64,000 nucleotides of DNA from Octopus sinensis (GCF_006345805.1 NC_042997.1:172422001-172486000); one strand, 5' to 3'; positions 1 to 12,819 are shown, counted from the first letter of the stretch. Numbers and translations: made by a program. Notes: generated from the letters alone by a model not told the origin.

Positions 1-12
1 ATATATATATAT

Positions 13-199
13 TAATAGTAATGGTAAGACAACAAAAGAATGAAAGAAACCTCGATATTATGTAAAGAGAGGAATTTATTTGTAATATAATATGTAACAA
101 TTATTTGGTTACCATAATAAAACTCCGAGTTTCGGATGTCTGAATGGAAACTCGGAGTTTTAATAGGGCAACCGGATAACTGTCACATATTATATTACA
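13..199 (-). mobile_element. Penelope-like terminal-repeat remnant with fold-back
   Basis: Inverted repeats 81-95/185-199 (TGTAATATAATATGT) and 119-133/147-161 (AAAACTCCGAGTTTC); minus strand reads GAAAC-TCGGA-GTT then a pyrimidine-rich tail ending in (TA)n. Confidence 0.5.
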
Positions 200-828
200 T
201 ATATATATATGTGTTTACATACATATATTTACATCTGTCTGTGTGTGTCTTACAATCATGCTAAGTTTGTCTCTGGACTATATTAAAAGTACACCTGTCT
301 GTGAAATACTCAGCTCTGTACACTACAATACGGCGAATAGGTAACTTCATTGATATAGTTGTTTAACACCAGACCAGCACTGACCAGAGACACCTGTTAA
401 AACCATTATCCAATATTGTATTTTGTTTGTCTTTTTGATTTAAAAAAAAGTTGAGTTTGATTTGAGAGAGATTTGGGTGCTATTTCTTGCCAGTTATTGA
501 AATACGTAGAAGCTTGTTCACAAATAGAGCAGGACAACTAGGGCCTTCACTTATTAAAGCCAACATATATCTCTGCCATATGTATTTGCATATATATATA
601 TATATACACACACACACACGTATATATACATGTGTGTGTGCTGTGTAATATATATATGTATGTTTAGAGGTTCAGTCTGTAAAATCACATCTATGCTATT
701 CAATGGGTCCTCCATTTTGTTGTGAGACACGAGAAAAGACATACATGTATACATACATACATATATATATTTAAACAGATTAGAAAATATATGCTCAGAT
801 GTATGAACACAAACACACCTGTGTTTAT

Positions 829-1200
829 AGGTGTAAACCTGGCTGTGTGGTAAGAAGTTTGCTTCTCAAACATATGGTCCTGGGTTCAGTCACACTGCAT
901 GGCACTTGGGGCAAGTATCTTCTACTATAGCCTGGGCCAGCCAAAGCTTTGTGAGTGAATTTGTTGGACAGAAATGCTTACCGGTATTTCGTCTGTGGTT
1001 ACATTCTGAGTTCAAAATCCACCAAGGTCGACTTTGCCTTTCATCTTTTTGGGATCGATAAATTAAGTACCAGTTACGCACTGGAGTGGATGTAATCGAC
1101 TTAATCCCTTTGTCCTTGTTTGTCCCCTCTGTGTTTAGCTCCTTGTGGGCAATAAAGAAATAAGAAGCTGAAAGAAGTTTGTTATGTATGTGCCTGTGTA
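829..1200 (+). mobile_element. tRNA-derived SINE (group 1) head interrupted by a group-2 SINE fragment
   Basis: A-box TGGCTGTGTGG and B-box GGTTCAGTC at 840-890; group-2 sequence (GCCTTTCATC...GATAAATTAAGTACCAG) at about 975-1165; group-1 sequence resumes at CTGAAAGAAG. Confidence 0.75.
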
Positions 1201-1482
1201 TACATATACATACTTATTAAGCCTGGTACACATTCTGTTGTTTCCTTTTGCTGAGCCACTAAGTTATGGGGATGTAAACAAACCAACACCAGTTGTCAAG
1301 TGAAGGCCGAACATAAATGTAAAGACACATATGCACACACAAGGCTTTGGTTTGCCTTAGGTTATAGAAGACATTTGCCCAAAGTTCCACACAATGCAAC
1401 TGAACTTGTAACCATGTGGTTGGGAAGCAAACTTCTTGCTACACAGCCATGCCTGCACTAAATATATATATATATATATATA

Positions 1483-1842
1483 TACTCTCTTTTACTTGTT
1501 TCACTCATTTGACTTTGACCATGCTGGAGCACCGCCTTTAGTCGAGCAAATCGACCCCAGGACTTATTCTTTGTAAGCTTAGTACTTATTCTATCGGTCT
1601 CTTTTTGCCGAAACACTAAGTTATGGGGTATGTAAACACACCAGCATAGGTTGTCAAGCAATGTTGGGGGAACAAACACATACACACAAACATATACATA
1701 TACAGTTTCCGTCTACCAAATCCACTCACAAGGCTTTGGTCAGCCCGAGGCTATAGTAGAAGACACTTGCCCAAGGTGCAACGCAGTGGGACTGAACCCG
1801 GAACCATGTGGTTCATAAGCAAGCTCCTTACCACACAGCCAT
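1483..1842 (-). mobile_element. tRNA-derived SINE group 1, near full length
   Basis: Near-identical to copies at 41198, 55963 and 63517; tRNA-like head at the right end on the minus strand. Confidence 0.9.
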
Positions 1843-2139
1843 CTATTGATATATATTATATAAGAAAAGAGAAAAGAATAAATGATTATCTTATGAACTT
1901 CATTAGCTTACAACTGTTTCCACTATATGTGGTGAACTCAGTTGAGTGCCTGAGTTTCATTATAACTTCAAACATGAAATGCTCTTCACCACATCTTACA
2001 GTGGAAATAGCTGTAAACTAATAATGTTTCTAAGATAATTGTTTAGTCCTTTGTCATCGTTTTTCTTATTACCACTCTATACTCGACTAACACTTTGTTT
2101 AGAGGTGTACATATATTGTGTTCTACACCAGGTTATTAG

Positions 2140-2621
2140 TATTACTAGTCTCAATCTTCATTACTCCACTCTCTCTCTTTCACTGTGTAACTATGTACCT
2201 CCTCCACAGCAAGACACCTGTTTCTGTCTCTCTGGCACACTCTTACCTTTCATCATCTGGCACAAGATCACCTTCTATTCCTCCTCTCCTCTCAAAGAAC
2301 CTTTGGTCTTGCAAGTTACTTGGTGGACCCTGCCAGCGCTGGTACCACGTAAAAAGCATCCAGTCCACACAGCAAATTGGTTGGCATTTGGAAAGGCATC
2401 TGACTGTAAAAAAAAAACATGACAAAACTGACTTCACCTGTGCTGGTGCCATGTAAAAAAGCACTCGGTCCACTTTGCGGAGTGATTAGTGTTAGGAAGA
2501 GCATTCAGCCATAAAAACCATGTCAAAACAGCCAGCAAAGCATGGTGCAGTTTTCTGCTTTGCCGGTTCCTGTCAAACCGTCCAAACCATGCCAGTGTGG
2601 AAAGCAGATGTTAAATAATGA
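2140..2621 (+). mobile_element. RTE-type 3' end / RTE-tail repeat
   Basis: Same motifs (GGCATCCAGC-GTAGAAAC-like, CCAACCCATGC-AGCATGG-like, ending TAAATAATGAT) as the RTE 3' UTR at 19040-19500. Confidence 0.65.
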
Positions 2622-3477
2622 TACATAGTTTAAACAAATGAGTGTATATATATGTACATAAATATGTGCAAGCACATAAATGCAAAACAAGGTGGAGTAT
2701 ACAGCACCGCAAAATCAAAGGCAGACTTAAATGTAAAGTTTTAAATTTATTGAATCAGTTATGATAAAGTCAATGGTCATGCAGTTAAATTCACTTCTCA
2801 GTCAAATAATTTTGGATGCAGGTCTACTGCACTGCAATAGAAATGAATCCAAAACAGTAGATGACACTTGCACCATTGGCAGATATTATCTACTACAGCC
2901 TTGGGCCAACCAAAGCCATATGAGTGAATTTGGTTGATGGATACTGAAAGAAACCCGTTTTGTGTGTGTCTTCACTTCTGTGTACTATGAAAGTTGCAAG
3001 CTATGAGAGGTGTTATTGTTATCACTTCTGTCAAGTGATTGTCTGCTAGTTTTGTGCCTTCAAAGATGTGTGCAAAACAGATCAGGATTTATGGCAAGAA
3101 AGTATCTGGCTGTAAAACAGTGCCTCATCCCATATCAGCCTGGAAAAATAGTAAGCTAGCTGTCAGCTCCTCTGTTTCTCTTTTCACAAGGAAAATGCCT
3201 GTCATGTGTCACCTTCTACTGTTTGTTTTTACATATGCTTTCCCACGCTAGCATGAGTTAGGTAAATGTGTGATTGAAGCATTTGTTTCAGAGTTGTGTG
3301 CCCTTCCTGACGTCAATGCTGACTTGTTTTCCACACAGCTTTGAATGCAAGAAGGGAATGGGCTATTTATTGACAAAAGAAGTGTCAACAAGAATACTGT
3401 GTAAATGTCATGATTTTCATATGAGTGGTAGGTTTAAATGAACACAGATACATGTATACACACATCTATTTATCTAA

Positions 3478-3626
3478 GTAGGTATGGCTGTGTGGTAAGA
3501 AGCTTGCTTCCCAACCACATGGTCCCAGGTTCAGTCCTACTGTGTGACACCTTGGGCAAATATCTTCTACTATAGCTTCTGGTCAACCAAAGCCTTGTGA
3601 ATAAATTTGGTAGACAGAAACCCATC

Positions 3627-3670
<44 letters not shown>

Positions 3671-4075
3671 CGAAATCCACTCACAAGGCTTTGATTGGCC
3701 CGAGGCTGTAGTAGAAGACACCTGCCCAAGGTGCCATGCAGTGGGACTGAACCTGGAACCATGTGGTTGGGAAGCAAGCTTCTTTTATTCATTCAGTTGA
3801 CCACAAGAGGCTTACAAAGAAAGGAAGCTTCTTACCAAACAGCCATTCCTGTGCTTATATATATATGTGTGTGTTTGTGTCTGTCTGTCCCTACCTCCCA
3901 TTGCTTGACAACTGATGTTGGTGTGTAACTTAGCGGTTTGGCAAAAGAAACCGATAAAATAAGTACTAGGCTTACAAAGAATAAGTCCTGACATGAATTT
4001 GTTCAACTAAAAACCCCTTAAGGTGGTGCTCCAACATCGCCACAGTCAAATGACTGAAACATATAAAGAAGTAAA
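3478..4075 (+). mobile_element. SINE group 1 with an opposite-strand SINE head (about 3670-3850) nested in its (TA)n middle
   Basis: Head 3478-3627, (TA)n 3628-3668, inverted head, then tail ending GACTGAAAC...AAAAGAA. Confidence 0.8.
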
Positions 4076-4544
4076 CAAAAAAAGAATATATATATATATA
4101 TATCCGAAAACAGAACTGTTGTGTCTTTGGAGTCACTTGTAGCACATTCTTTTGGCAGTGCTAGGGAGAAAAACATTGTTATTTATGTACAGAATAATAA
4201 ACATATATGTCTTGTTCAGCAATGCAATAAATTAGAATCATTTACCACATTCTTGGCTTATAGATTCTGTTTATTCCTGTTTGGTCAATAACAGGAATTT
4301 TCAACTTCTTTCACTCCCTGGTACTGAATAAGGTACAAAACTGTTATGGCATGGTTTTCTCTGTAACCACGTGGTTTTGGATTCAGTCCCACTGTACATC
4401 ACTTTGGGTAAGTGCCTACCATTACAGCCTTAAACCAACCAATTCCTTGTGAGTGTTAGTAGTAGACAGAAACTTTGTGAAATCCCATTGGTGTGTGTGT
4501 GTATCTATGCATTTGTCACTTATTGCTTGACAAGCAGTGTAAGT

Positions 4545-4863
4545 TTGCTTACAACCACTGGTTGTTGTTTGTTGCTTCTCGAGCCATGCCTGGCTCATAA
4601 GGGCCGGTTTCCTTGCAGTTTAGGTTCCCCACCTGGACGGGACACCGGTCCATCGCAGGTGAGCTGCAAGATACAGGAGGAAAGAGTGAGAGAAAGTTGT
4701 GGCGAAAGAGTAAGCAGAAGTCCGCCATTACCTTCTGCCGGAGCCGCATGGAGCTTAGGTGTTTTGCTCATAAACACACACATTGCCCGGTCTGAGATTC
4801 GAACCCGCAATTCCTTGACTGCAAGTCCGCTGCTCTAAACACTAGGCCATGTGGCTCCACACA
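4545..4863 (-). mobile_element. tRNA-derived SINE group 3 (CORE-like body)
   Basis: Minus strand: TGGCCTAGTGT A-box, GGTTCGAATCT B-box, TGTTTATGAGCAAAACAC core-like block, (CAA)n-type tail. Confidence 0.8.
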
Positions 4864-5039
4864 ACCCCTGGTTGACAAAAGATATATTAAGAAAAGAAGA
4901 CTGCTAGAATAAGTATCAAACTTGGAATATGTATGTGGGTCAATTTGACTAAAACCTTTCGTTGTGTACTCTTGCATGGTTGCAGTCCAATGACTGAAAC
5001 AAGTACAAGAATAAAAGATTATATATATACACACATGGA

Positions 5040-5360
5040 TTACACTGGTCTCTTACGTTGATGAGAAATCACCTCAATACACCACAACATTTGAACTTTT
5101 CTGAACAATATTTTGTATTTTCTGCTTTTTCCTATTGTCATTCTTGTCCACCTCTGTCCAGCCATCACCATGATTGACTGCTAGCCATTAAAACCGTCTT
5201 TTTTTATTGTCTCTCTGTTTGTTTTCTCATGTACCTTTCTGTTGAAGAACGTAGACTCGAAATGTAAAAGGCTTTCTGACCTTCCCGAGCATTAAACTAA
5301 TACACCTGTTTGTTGTTTACACACCTGTCTTCATCTTTTGATTTTTGTAAATTCCAACTA
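5040..5360 (+). mobile_element. Penelope-like 3' terminal repeat with hammerhead-like motif
   Basis: CTTT-CTGTTGA-A-GAACGTAGACTC-GAAAT-GTA-AAAG at 5235-5270, then a tail shared with 18555, 23401 and 57725, ending in (TA)n. Confidence 0.55.
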
Positions 5361-5380
5361 ATATATATATATATATATTT

Positions 5381-5755
5381 TCTTTAACTTGTTTCAGTCA
5401 TTTGACTGTGCCCATGCTAGAGCACTGCCTTAAAATGTTTTAGTTGAAGAAATCAATCCCAGGACTTATTCTTTGTAAGTCTAATACTTATTTCATTGGT
5501 CTCTTTTGCCAGATCACTAAGTTATGGGGGCGTAAGCTCACAGGCATCAGTTGTCAAGCAATGGGGGTGGGGCAAATGCAGACACACACACACAAAAATA
5601 TATACAGTAGGCTTCTTTCAGTTTCCATCTACCAAATCCACTCAAGGCTTTGTTGACATGAGGCTACAGTAGAAGATTCTTGCCCAAGATGCCACACAGT
5701 GGGACTGAACCTGGAACAATGTAGTTGGGAAGCAAAGTTCTTACCACACAGCCAT
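5381..5755 (-). mobile_element. SINE group 1, older copy
   Basis: Colinear with 41198-41585, with CpG decay. Confidence 0.85.
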
Positions 5756-6161
5756 ATATATGTAAAAAAGACAAGAATATTAAATTTATTTTAAAACAAA
5801 TATGAATGTTCACATGTACAATGCTGCAAAGAAATATGCCTACACCAATACTGAGCATTAATATAATGCAAGTTTTCTAAATATCCTGATATCTTTCTAT
5901 TCACCTCAAAAACCCATCACACACAAATGTGCAGGGTACAATGGTTGAAAACTTTTGATCTAGAAAGATAAATATTTTCTTTATTATCAGTGCAGTATAG
6001 TCTGTTATTTGACTACTTCTTAGTAAAAAAAAATATCTGTTATCTGTGACCATCACTATAGACTTCTGGGTTGTAAGCTTCATGCCTTTCCCAAAGGCAT
6101 CAGTTGAATCTGAGAACTGAGTCTAGGTTGCAGTTAATTGCTCAATACATTAGCATTGTTG

Positions 6162-6562
6162 AGGCAGCGAGCTGGCAGAATCGTTAGCATGCCGGGCGAA
6201 ATGCTTAGCGGTATTTCGTCTGCTGCTACGTTGTGAGTTCAAATTCCACCAAGGTCGAGTTTGCCTTTCATCCTTTTGGAGTCGATTAAATAAGTACCAG
6301 ATACACACTGGGGTCAATCTAATCGACTTAATCCATCTGTCTGTCCTTGTTTGTCTCCTCTGTGTTTAGCCCCTTGTGGGTAGTAAAGAAATAGGTATTT
6401 CATCTGTCTTTACGTTCTGAGTTCAAATTCCACCATGGTTGACTTTGCCTTTCATCCTTTCGGGATTGGTAAATTAAGTACCAGTTGCAAACTGGGATCA
6501 ATCTAATCAACTGGCCCCGTCCCCAGAAATTTGGGGTCTTGTACCCAGAGTAGAGAAGAATA
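6162..6562 (+). mobile_element. SINE group 2, partially dimeric
   Basis: GAGCTGGCAGAATCGTTAGC head, GAGTTCAAATTCC B-box, core GCCTTTCATCCTTT-GG-GTCGAT-AAATAAGTACCAG present twice. Confidence 0.85.
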
Positions 6563-6611
6563 TATTAGCATTGTTCCATTTTGGTAGTCACTATATAAAC
6601 AGTATTTTTAG

Positions 6612-6814
6612 CCCTTTAGCAATTCAGATTACTCTGTTAAATGTAATGCTTATTTATTCACATTATTTTAAACTAATCTTGGATTATCTCATAGTTTTGA
6701 GATTTTAGTTTTAGAATGACAATGTAGGGTAGGTGTGAATGGCTGGCCTTGGCTAGTTTGAACAAAAAACATGGAATATTTGGGCCAGATATGGCTGGTT
6801 TCAGTGCTAATGGG
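6612..6814. mobile_element. piggyBac-type MITE (CCCTTTAGCA family)
   Basis: Termini CCCTTTAGCA...TGCTAATGGG, right flank TTAA; four more copies in the window. Confidence 0.8.
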
Positions 6815-6917
6815 TTAACTTTGAAGAGTGTAAGAATACATCCTATTGATTACAAAAAATCAACTGTGTTTAGTTTCCTTCTCTCCAAAGTGTATGTATG
6901 CAAAAATTATATATTAT

Positions 6918-7451
6918 CAGGTGCTCTCAACCACTTTTTATCTACGGACCCCTTTGATTACTATTTTATTCTGGGGGACCCCCATTGCTATTCGATGTTT
7001 AACCCTTATGACACCAACCCGGCCCAAACTGCCTCTGGCTCTGTAGTACAAATATCTTACTTTCATAAGTATTGAATTAAAATCTTCCACCAAACCTTAG
7101 TCACAATTTATATTCCCAACACTAGCTTAATGATAACTAAGTTCTTTTACTAAATTCTTTGTTATATTTAAAATTAATTGAATGAAACGCAGAGCATCTC
7201 AAAATAAATACGGTAACGAAAGGGTTAAAAACTAGTTAATAGAAACTTCTTTCCAAATTTTTATTTTGTTTCTCACACATTAACTTGTGTTGATTGAATT
7301 ACGTAAAATGTTAGAGAAAGAAACCTAGCTGTTGCTTGCAATACATACCAATACATACATCTAAAGCAAAATTTTTTCCGGGACCTATAAAATACTATTG
7401 TGGAACCCCACTCTACTATTTTGTTCCGTGGATCCCGGTTGAGAACCACTG
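6918..7451. mobile_element. hAT/Charlie-type MITE hosting a nested piggyBac MITE
   Basis: TIR CAGGTGCTCTCAACC / GGTTGAGAACCACTG; right flank TTTTAGAG fits the Charlie target consensus. Confidence 0.7.
7003..7224. mobile_element. piggyBac-type MITE (CCCTTTCGTTACC family)
   Basis: TTAA at 6999-7002 and 7225-7228, CCC...GGG termini; homologous to 43973-44193 in the opposite orientation. Confidence 0.85.
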
Positions 7452-8133
7452 TTTTAGAGTGTTAGTGTATGTGTGTCAATTAAGTTACATGTGGTTTCTG
7501 TAAGAGCATATTTATGTATTCGTATTTTTATCAGTTATCTTTTAGGTTTCTTATATTTCAGATTTATCAAGTCTCACAGTGTCTCCATATACTGTATAGC
7601 TTGTAAAATTAGCTTTGTATTTGTACAGAAGTTTAAGTAAACACTATTTCTTTCTGTGTTCTAAGCAAGGCTTCAATTGTTGTTCTTCATCTAAACTGTT
7701 TTTATAATGCCGAATCTTGGAACATATCACTTCCACTGAAGCTCACAGCACTTTTGGAACATGCCTGAAGTGTTCGTATTTATCTAGGGTAATCATCCTG
7801 GTGTCTTCCAATCCTAGTTACTAATTGTTGATTTCTCAGCACTGTAAACTACTTACCAAATTTATAACATTGCTGCTAAAATCAACAAGTTATATTGACT
7901 ATATACTATTTTCAGCTAAGTTGACCAAGCTATTTGTGAGTTCAGTGTCTTAGTTATGCCACAATACTATGCCTCTGACAAAAATATGAACCACAAATGT
8001 CTTAGGTGTCCAACATTCCATCCACTTGGGATTGTATAGTAAATCATTGTTAAATACCTCTGCAATCCAATTCCAGTATCTGCTTTGTTGCTCAGAAAAG
8101 ATGTCTACTTAAATTGTGGTAGGGTGTGTTTAA

Positions 8134-8347
8134 CTCTTTAAATTTATTCAGATTACTCTGTCAAATGTAATGCTTATATAGTCATACTTGTTTTAAATTA
8201 GTCATCCATTATCTTGTAACTTTGAGGTTTTGATGACATGATTGTTTATTTGTTGAATGATATTGTAGGGTAGGTATGAAAGATAGGATCTGGTTGGTTT
8301 GAAAAGAAATCAAGTGGAAGGTTTTGGCCAGTTTAAATGCTAAAGGG
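8134..8347. mobile_element. piggyBac-type MITE (CCCTTTAGCA family)
   Basis: TTAA at both ends (8130-8133, 8348-8351); ends AATGCTAAAGGG. Confidence 0.8.
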
Positions 8348-8999
8348 TTAAAATGTCTTATATCTCAAATCTTATCTTTAAAGAAGATGGACAAATGAGA
8401 TTGTGTTGTCCATGATAGGCAAGGACATAACTGGAATGTGTTTAATCTTAGGTCTTCTCGATTAGTGATGGCTTGGAGTTTAGTCGAAACTGAAAAAATT
8501 AAGCTCCCAGGTGACCGTATAACAATGAAGCCTGTACATGTTTGCATGAACTGGTAGAAATAGTGACCAAATCACACTGTATAAAGATGAAGTAGTTTCA
8601 GATAAACAAAGCAAAAAAAAAAAAGAATAAAAGAGAAGTCACAGTTGTAATGCTTTGATATCATAGAACTATAGGCAGTTTCGAGCAGGCTGGTATCAAA
8701 AGGGTTTTAAAAAATACTAAAGAGCAGACTGTAGTCTGAGGGGCTGTCTGAAAAGAGGATGATCATAGGTCTGCTTGGTCAGGACTGATCTGGGCAAAAA
8801 AAAAAAACACTGGTAGTTGACAGAAAGATTGACATTTTTTTCCAGTTTACCTGAATGCTATTCAGGAGACAAACAAGACTTTGATCTTATCCAAAAAGCT
8901 GAGAAGTGATTATAAGCGACAAATCATACATATGTAGACAGTGACTAACGTTTTATTTCCGTGTCTAAGATTGGTCACTGTTAATTAGATAATCCTTTC

Positions 9000-9208
9000 T
9001 TCTATAGGCACAAGGCTTGAAATTGTGGGCGAGGAGACTAGTCAATTACATTGACACCAGTGTTTCACTGGTACTTAATTTATGGACCCTGAAAGGATGA
9101 AAGGCAAAGTCAACCATGGCAGAATTTGAACTCAGAACATAGCAACTAGTGAAATACCACTAAGCATTTTGTCCAACATGCTAACGATTCTGCCAGCTCA
9201 CCACCTTA
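9000..9208 (-). mobile_element. SINE group 2
   Basis: Reverse complement of the 6162 head and core. Confidence 0.75.
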
Positions 9209-9788
9209 TTGTTAATTAATTAGATAATAATATTCAAACTAATAACGTGGTCTTCAGAAATTTTAATATATTCATCTATGCAATGTTTCAATGGGTTTCA
9301 TCTCTGTTCTTTATCATCAGGTGTTTTATTTCTGTGCGTGTGTATGTGCATTTACAGTTATAATGACCTTTACCACTATGCTACTGACTTATATACATGT
9401 GTCACTGACCTTCCAGATAAATATGTTTTGTTTTAGGTTCTTAGTCCAAATGTAGTCTGGGACTGCGTATGCACTCTGGAATAATTCATGTGTTGACAAT
9501 CTGAGATTAAACTGATCAAAATGTTGTTATGATATATATAAAAAAAAAATTATTTACATAATTAATAATGAGATTATGTCTGAAATATTATCTTAACAAC
9601 ATTTTTCCTACTGAATATTCATGTCTAATCTAAAGCTTCTTCGTTTGATTAACTTCTTATTTTAAGTTTTTGCTAATTTAAGAATAAAAATTGAAGCAAC
9701 CATAGAAAATAATACACTCTAAACTCTATAACCTCGATATTTTTCTTTTAGTTGTTTCCTTAATTTATGTACAAATAATGTTATTTCG

Positions 9789-10045
9789 TGGAGACGCGTG
9801 GCTTAGTGGTTAGGGTGTCAACATCATGATCGTAAGATTGTGGTTTCAATTCTTGGATCGGGCAGCGCGTTGTGTTCTTGAGCAGAACACTTCATTTTAC
9901 GTCACTCCAGTCCACTCAGCTGGCAAAAATGAGTAACGCTGCGATGGACTGGCATCCTGTCCAGATGGGGAACACATACGCCATTGAAACCGGGACCATG
10001 AGCCTGGCTAGGCTTTAAAAGGGCGCATTTATTTATTTATTTACT
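9789..10045 (+). mobile_element. SINE group 3 (CORE-like)
   Basis: TGGCTTAGTGG A-box, GGTTTCAATTC B-box, GTGTTCTTGAGCAGAACACTT core, (TTTA)n tail. Confidence 0.8.
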
Positions 10046-11184
10046 TATTATTAATGTTATTTCAATGAGGTATTTCTTCAAATATTGGTCCAAATTGGAT
10101 AGGTTACAATTTGGCTGTAAATAAAAATAAAGAGGAGTGGAGAAAAGTTTTAAATCTTCTGAAAATATTGTCTCTGCTTAGTTTCTGTGTATGAATAATA
10201 TTCACATACATATATTTATGTGTATGTATGTATGTATAAGCATGTTTGCGTGAGGAAAAATATTCACACCAAAAGTTATAGAATTTCAATTGTGTATGCA
10301 TGAGAATTAAACTGTTACTTTTCTTGAAAGTACCATTTTGAAAAAAACCTACAATGTAGATATCTGCTGCCAATTTTTCTGAAGATAATTAAAATCAAGT
10401 ATTTACAATATATTGGCTCGAGCAATTCTTGCTTCAGGCATAATTTTCTTAAATTTATTTTCTATTTGCTACCATTTCTGTTACGACTTGGGATACTTAA
10501 TTCCATCTATGGTAGTGTAACAGTTGTTGTTTAGTTCCAGATATCTGTTGATCAAGGAGACCTATTGATCAATGGCATTTCAGTTATGGCTGTATTTTTC
10601 TCTTTCTTTTTCTCTTTATCTCAATAGCTATCTAGTGCTACTTTATCCAATCTCTTTCTTGTTTTTTTTAAGACAGTAGGGTGTGATTTGAAGATTTGGC
10701 TCCTAATTTCAGCAAGTCAATTATATAAAGGCTCCTTTGCATGTTGTGTTTGTGTGTGTATGGAACTGTGTAACAAAAGCATTGAAAAATATGTGAGTAT
10801 ATATGTGTGTGTATGTATATGTTTATATTTATATAAACATATATATTCATGTGCATATATATATGGTTTATCTCAATTCTATATTATAAATCCGTGGTTG
10901 GGCTCTAGTCAAACAGGTTTTTTCACAGTGATATATAAGATATACATGGTTATAACCAGAAATAGCTTTGAATAAAGTAGTATTAATTTTCTTAGGTTGT
11001 TCAATTTTCCTTAATTGTTCAATAAACCAATAGAGTAAACCTATCAGTAATGTACCTATAATGACTACTGGAAACAACTGTAAGCCAAATTTACTCCAAT
11101 AAAGGAAAATATGTAATAACCATTGTTTTTATATATATATATATATTATATATATATATATACAGAGAGAGAGAGTGTTTTATC

Positions 11185-11545
11185 ATCTTTTACTTGTTTT
11201 AGTAATTGGACTGTAGCCATGCTGGTTATAACCTTGAAGGGTTTAGCCAAGCAAATTGACCACCCAGTACTTATTCTATAGATCTCTTTTTGTTGAACCA
11301 CTAAGTTACAAAAACAAACCAACACTTGGTTGTCAAGCAGTAATCAGGAACAAATATAATCACAATGACACACATACATATACACACATACATATACACA
11401 CATACAACAGGCTTCTACATAGTTTACACCTACCAAATTCACTCACAAAGTATTGGTCATCCTGTGGTGAAGGTCTATAATTGAAGATTCTTGCTCAAAG
11501 GACTGCATAGAGGGACTGAACCATGTGGTTGTAAATTGAGCTGAA
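11185..11545 (-). mobile_element. SINE group 1, degraded
   Basis: Colinear with the group-1 consensus seen elsewhere in the window. Confidence 0.75.
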
Positions 11546-11859
11546 CACAAAGGCAGTAGACTGATGAGAGAATTGTTAAAGCATGGGATGAAACATGTAG
11601 CCATATTTGTTCAAGCTCTTTATGTTCTGAGTTCATCTGTAACAGTACTGGTGCAAGGCTATGTAGGCTCTTGTCTTCTCTGTGGACAACATGTGGTAAA
11701 GAAAGAGGAGACTTGCTAGTTTTCCATAAGAAACCATGTCATGGCTTGTTTTCTGGATGGGGACTTTCCTGGTGAAGATATATAGTCAACCCTGAAAATA
11801 CTATCAGTAGATATGACCTCATACTTCATATGTTGGTATTTTATCAGTATAGCCATTTC

Positions 11860-12260
11860 ATTATTATCATCGTTTAATGTCTGTTCTCCCTCCATGCTGG
11901 CATGGGTTGGATAGTCTGACAGGAGCTGGTGAACCAGTGGACTGTACCAAGCTCTACTGTCTGTTTTGGAGTGGTTTCTATGATTAGATGTCCTTTATAA
12001 TACCAACCCCATTATAGAGTGGACTGAGTGCTTTTTATGTGGCACCAGAACCAGCAAGGTCACCAAGTAACTTTCAAGAAAAGACACCCCGCCTCAACTG
12101 AGAAGGGATGTAGTATTTGAGAGAGGTACCTTCATGCCAGGTGACAAGGGATTAAAGTATGATAGAGGAACGGTTACAGTTATCTTGCTGCAGAAGAGAC
12201 ACATAGCCACCCCAGTTGGAATAAAGAGACAGGGGAAGAGAGAGAGAGAGAGAATACCAT
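11860..12260 (-). mobile_element. RTE-tail repeat
   Basis: (CAT)n then CCATGCTGGCATGGGTTGGA, as at 19040. Confidence 0.65.
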
Positions 12261-12819
12261 ATAAATTGTTCAAATTTTGATACATTTCTCAGAATTTGCT
12301 TTTTCAGTACAGGAACATATATAATCCGTTTATTTTAAAATGTTCATTTTGTCACTAACATACTGTCAATGTATATATATTTCTTCCTGTGACTCTTATT
12401 TGTTGGTCAGTTATATTGCAGGTTATATGTAATATCAGCTACTAACAATACTATGTAATTTAATTTCGGTTTTAACTTTAGTATTATTGATTGCTGTTTA
12501 ATGGGGAGAAAGACCGAGTTCTGTGTTATTCAACTATTTTCATATTGTTCCTTTGTTATTATATGTTATTTTTCTATCAACCTCTAACCAATGAGATTAC
12601 TATTTCCTTTCTGTCGTCTATATTCATCTTGAGTAACAGTGTTAAAAGACATGTTTACAACCAATCCATCATTCCAACAAATTTCTTACAGCGCAGAAAC
12701 ATTGAACCTGACAAAAGAACTAACAAGCTCAGAACAGCTCAAAATACTTGCAAACACATTGTGCTTGAAGTAATAATATAGCAGGACCATTAAATAATAA
12801 AATGAATATGAAAACAAAC

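Noticed and set aside
3339-3427. Plus exon candidate FECKKGMGYLLTKEVSTRILCKCHDFHMS
   Set aside because: Acceptor lies in what looks like a decayed repeat tail; no partner exon or homology.
7690-8100. Possible LINE fragment (YNAESW motif) or 19-nt minus micro-exon near 7856-7874
   Set aside because: Single short motif each; insufficient evidence.
9320-9490. Protein-like frame YNDLYHYATDLY..VLSPNVVWDC
   Set aside because: Interrupted by a stop and unrecognised; compatible with chance.
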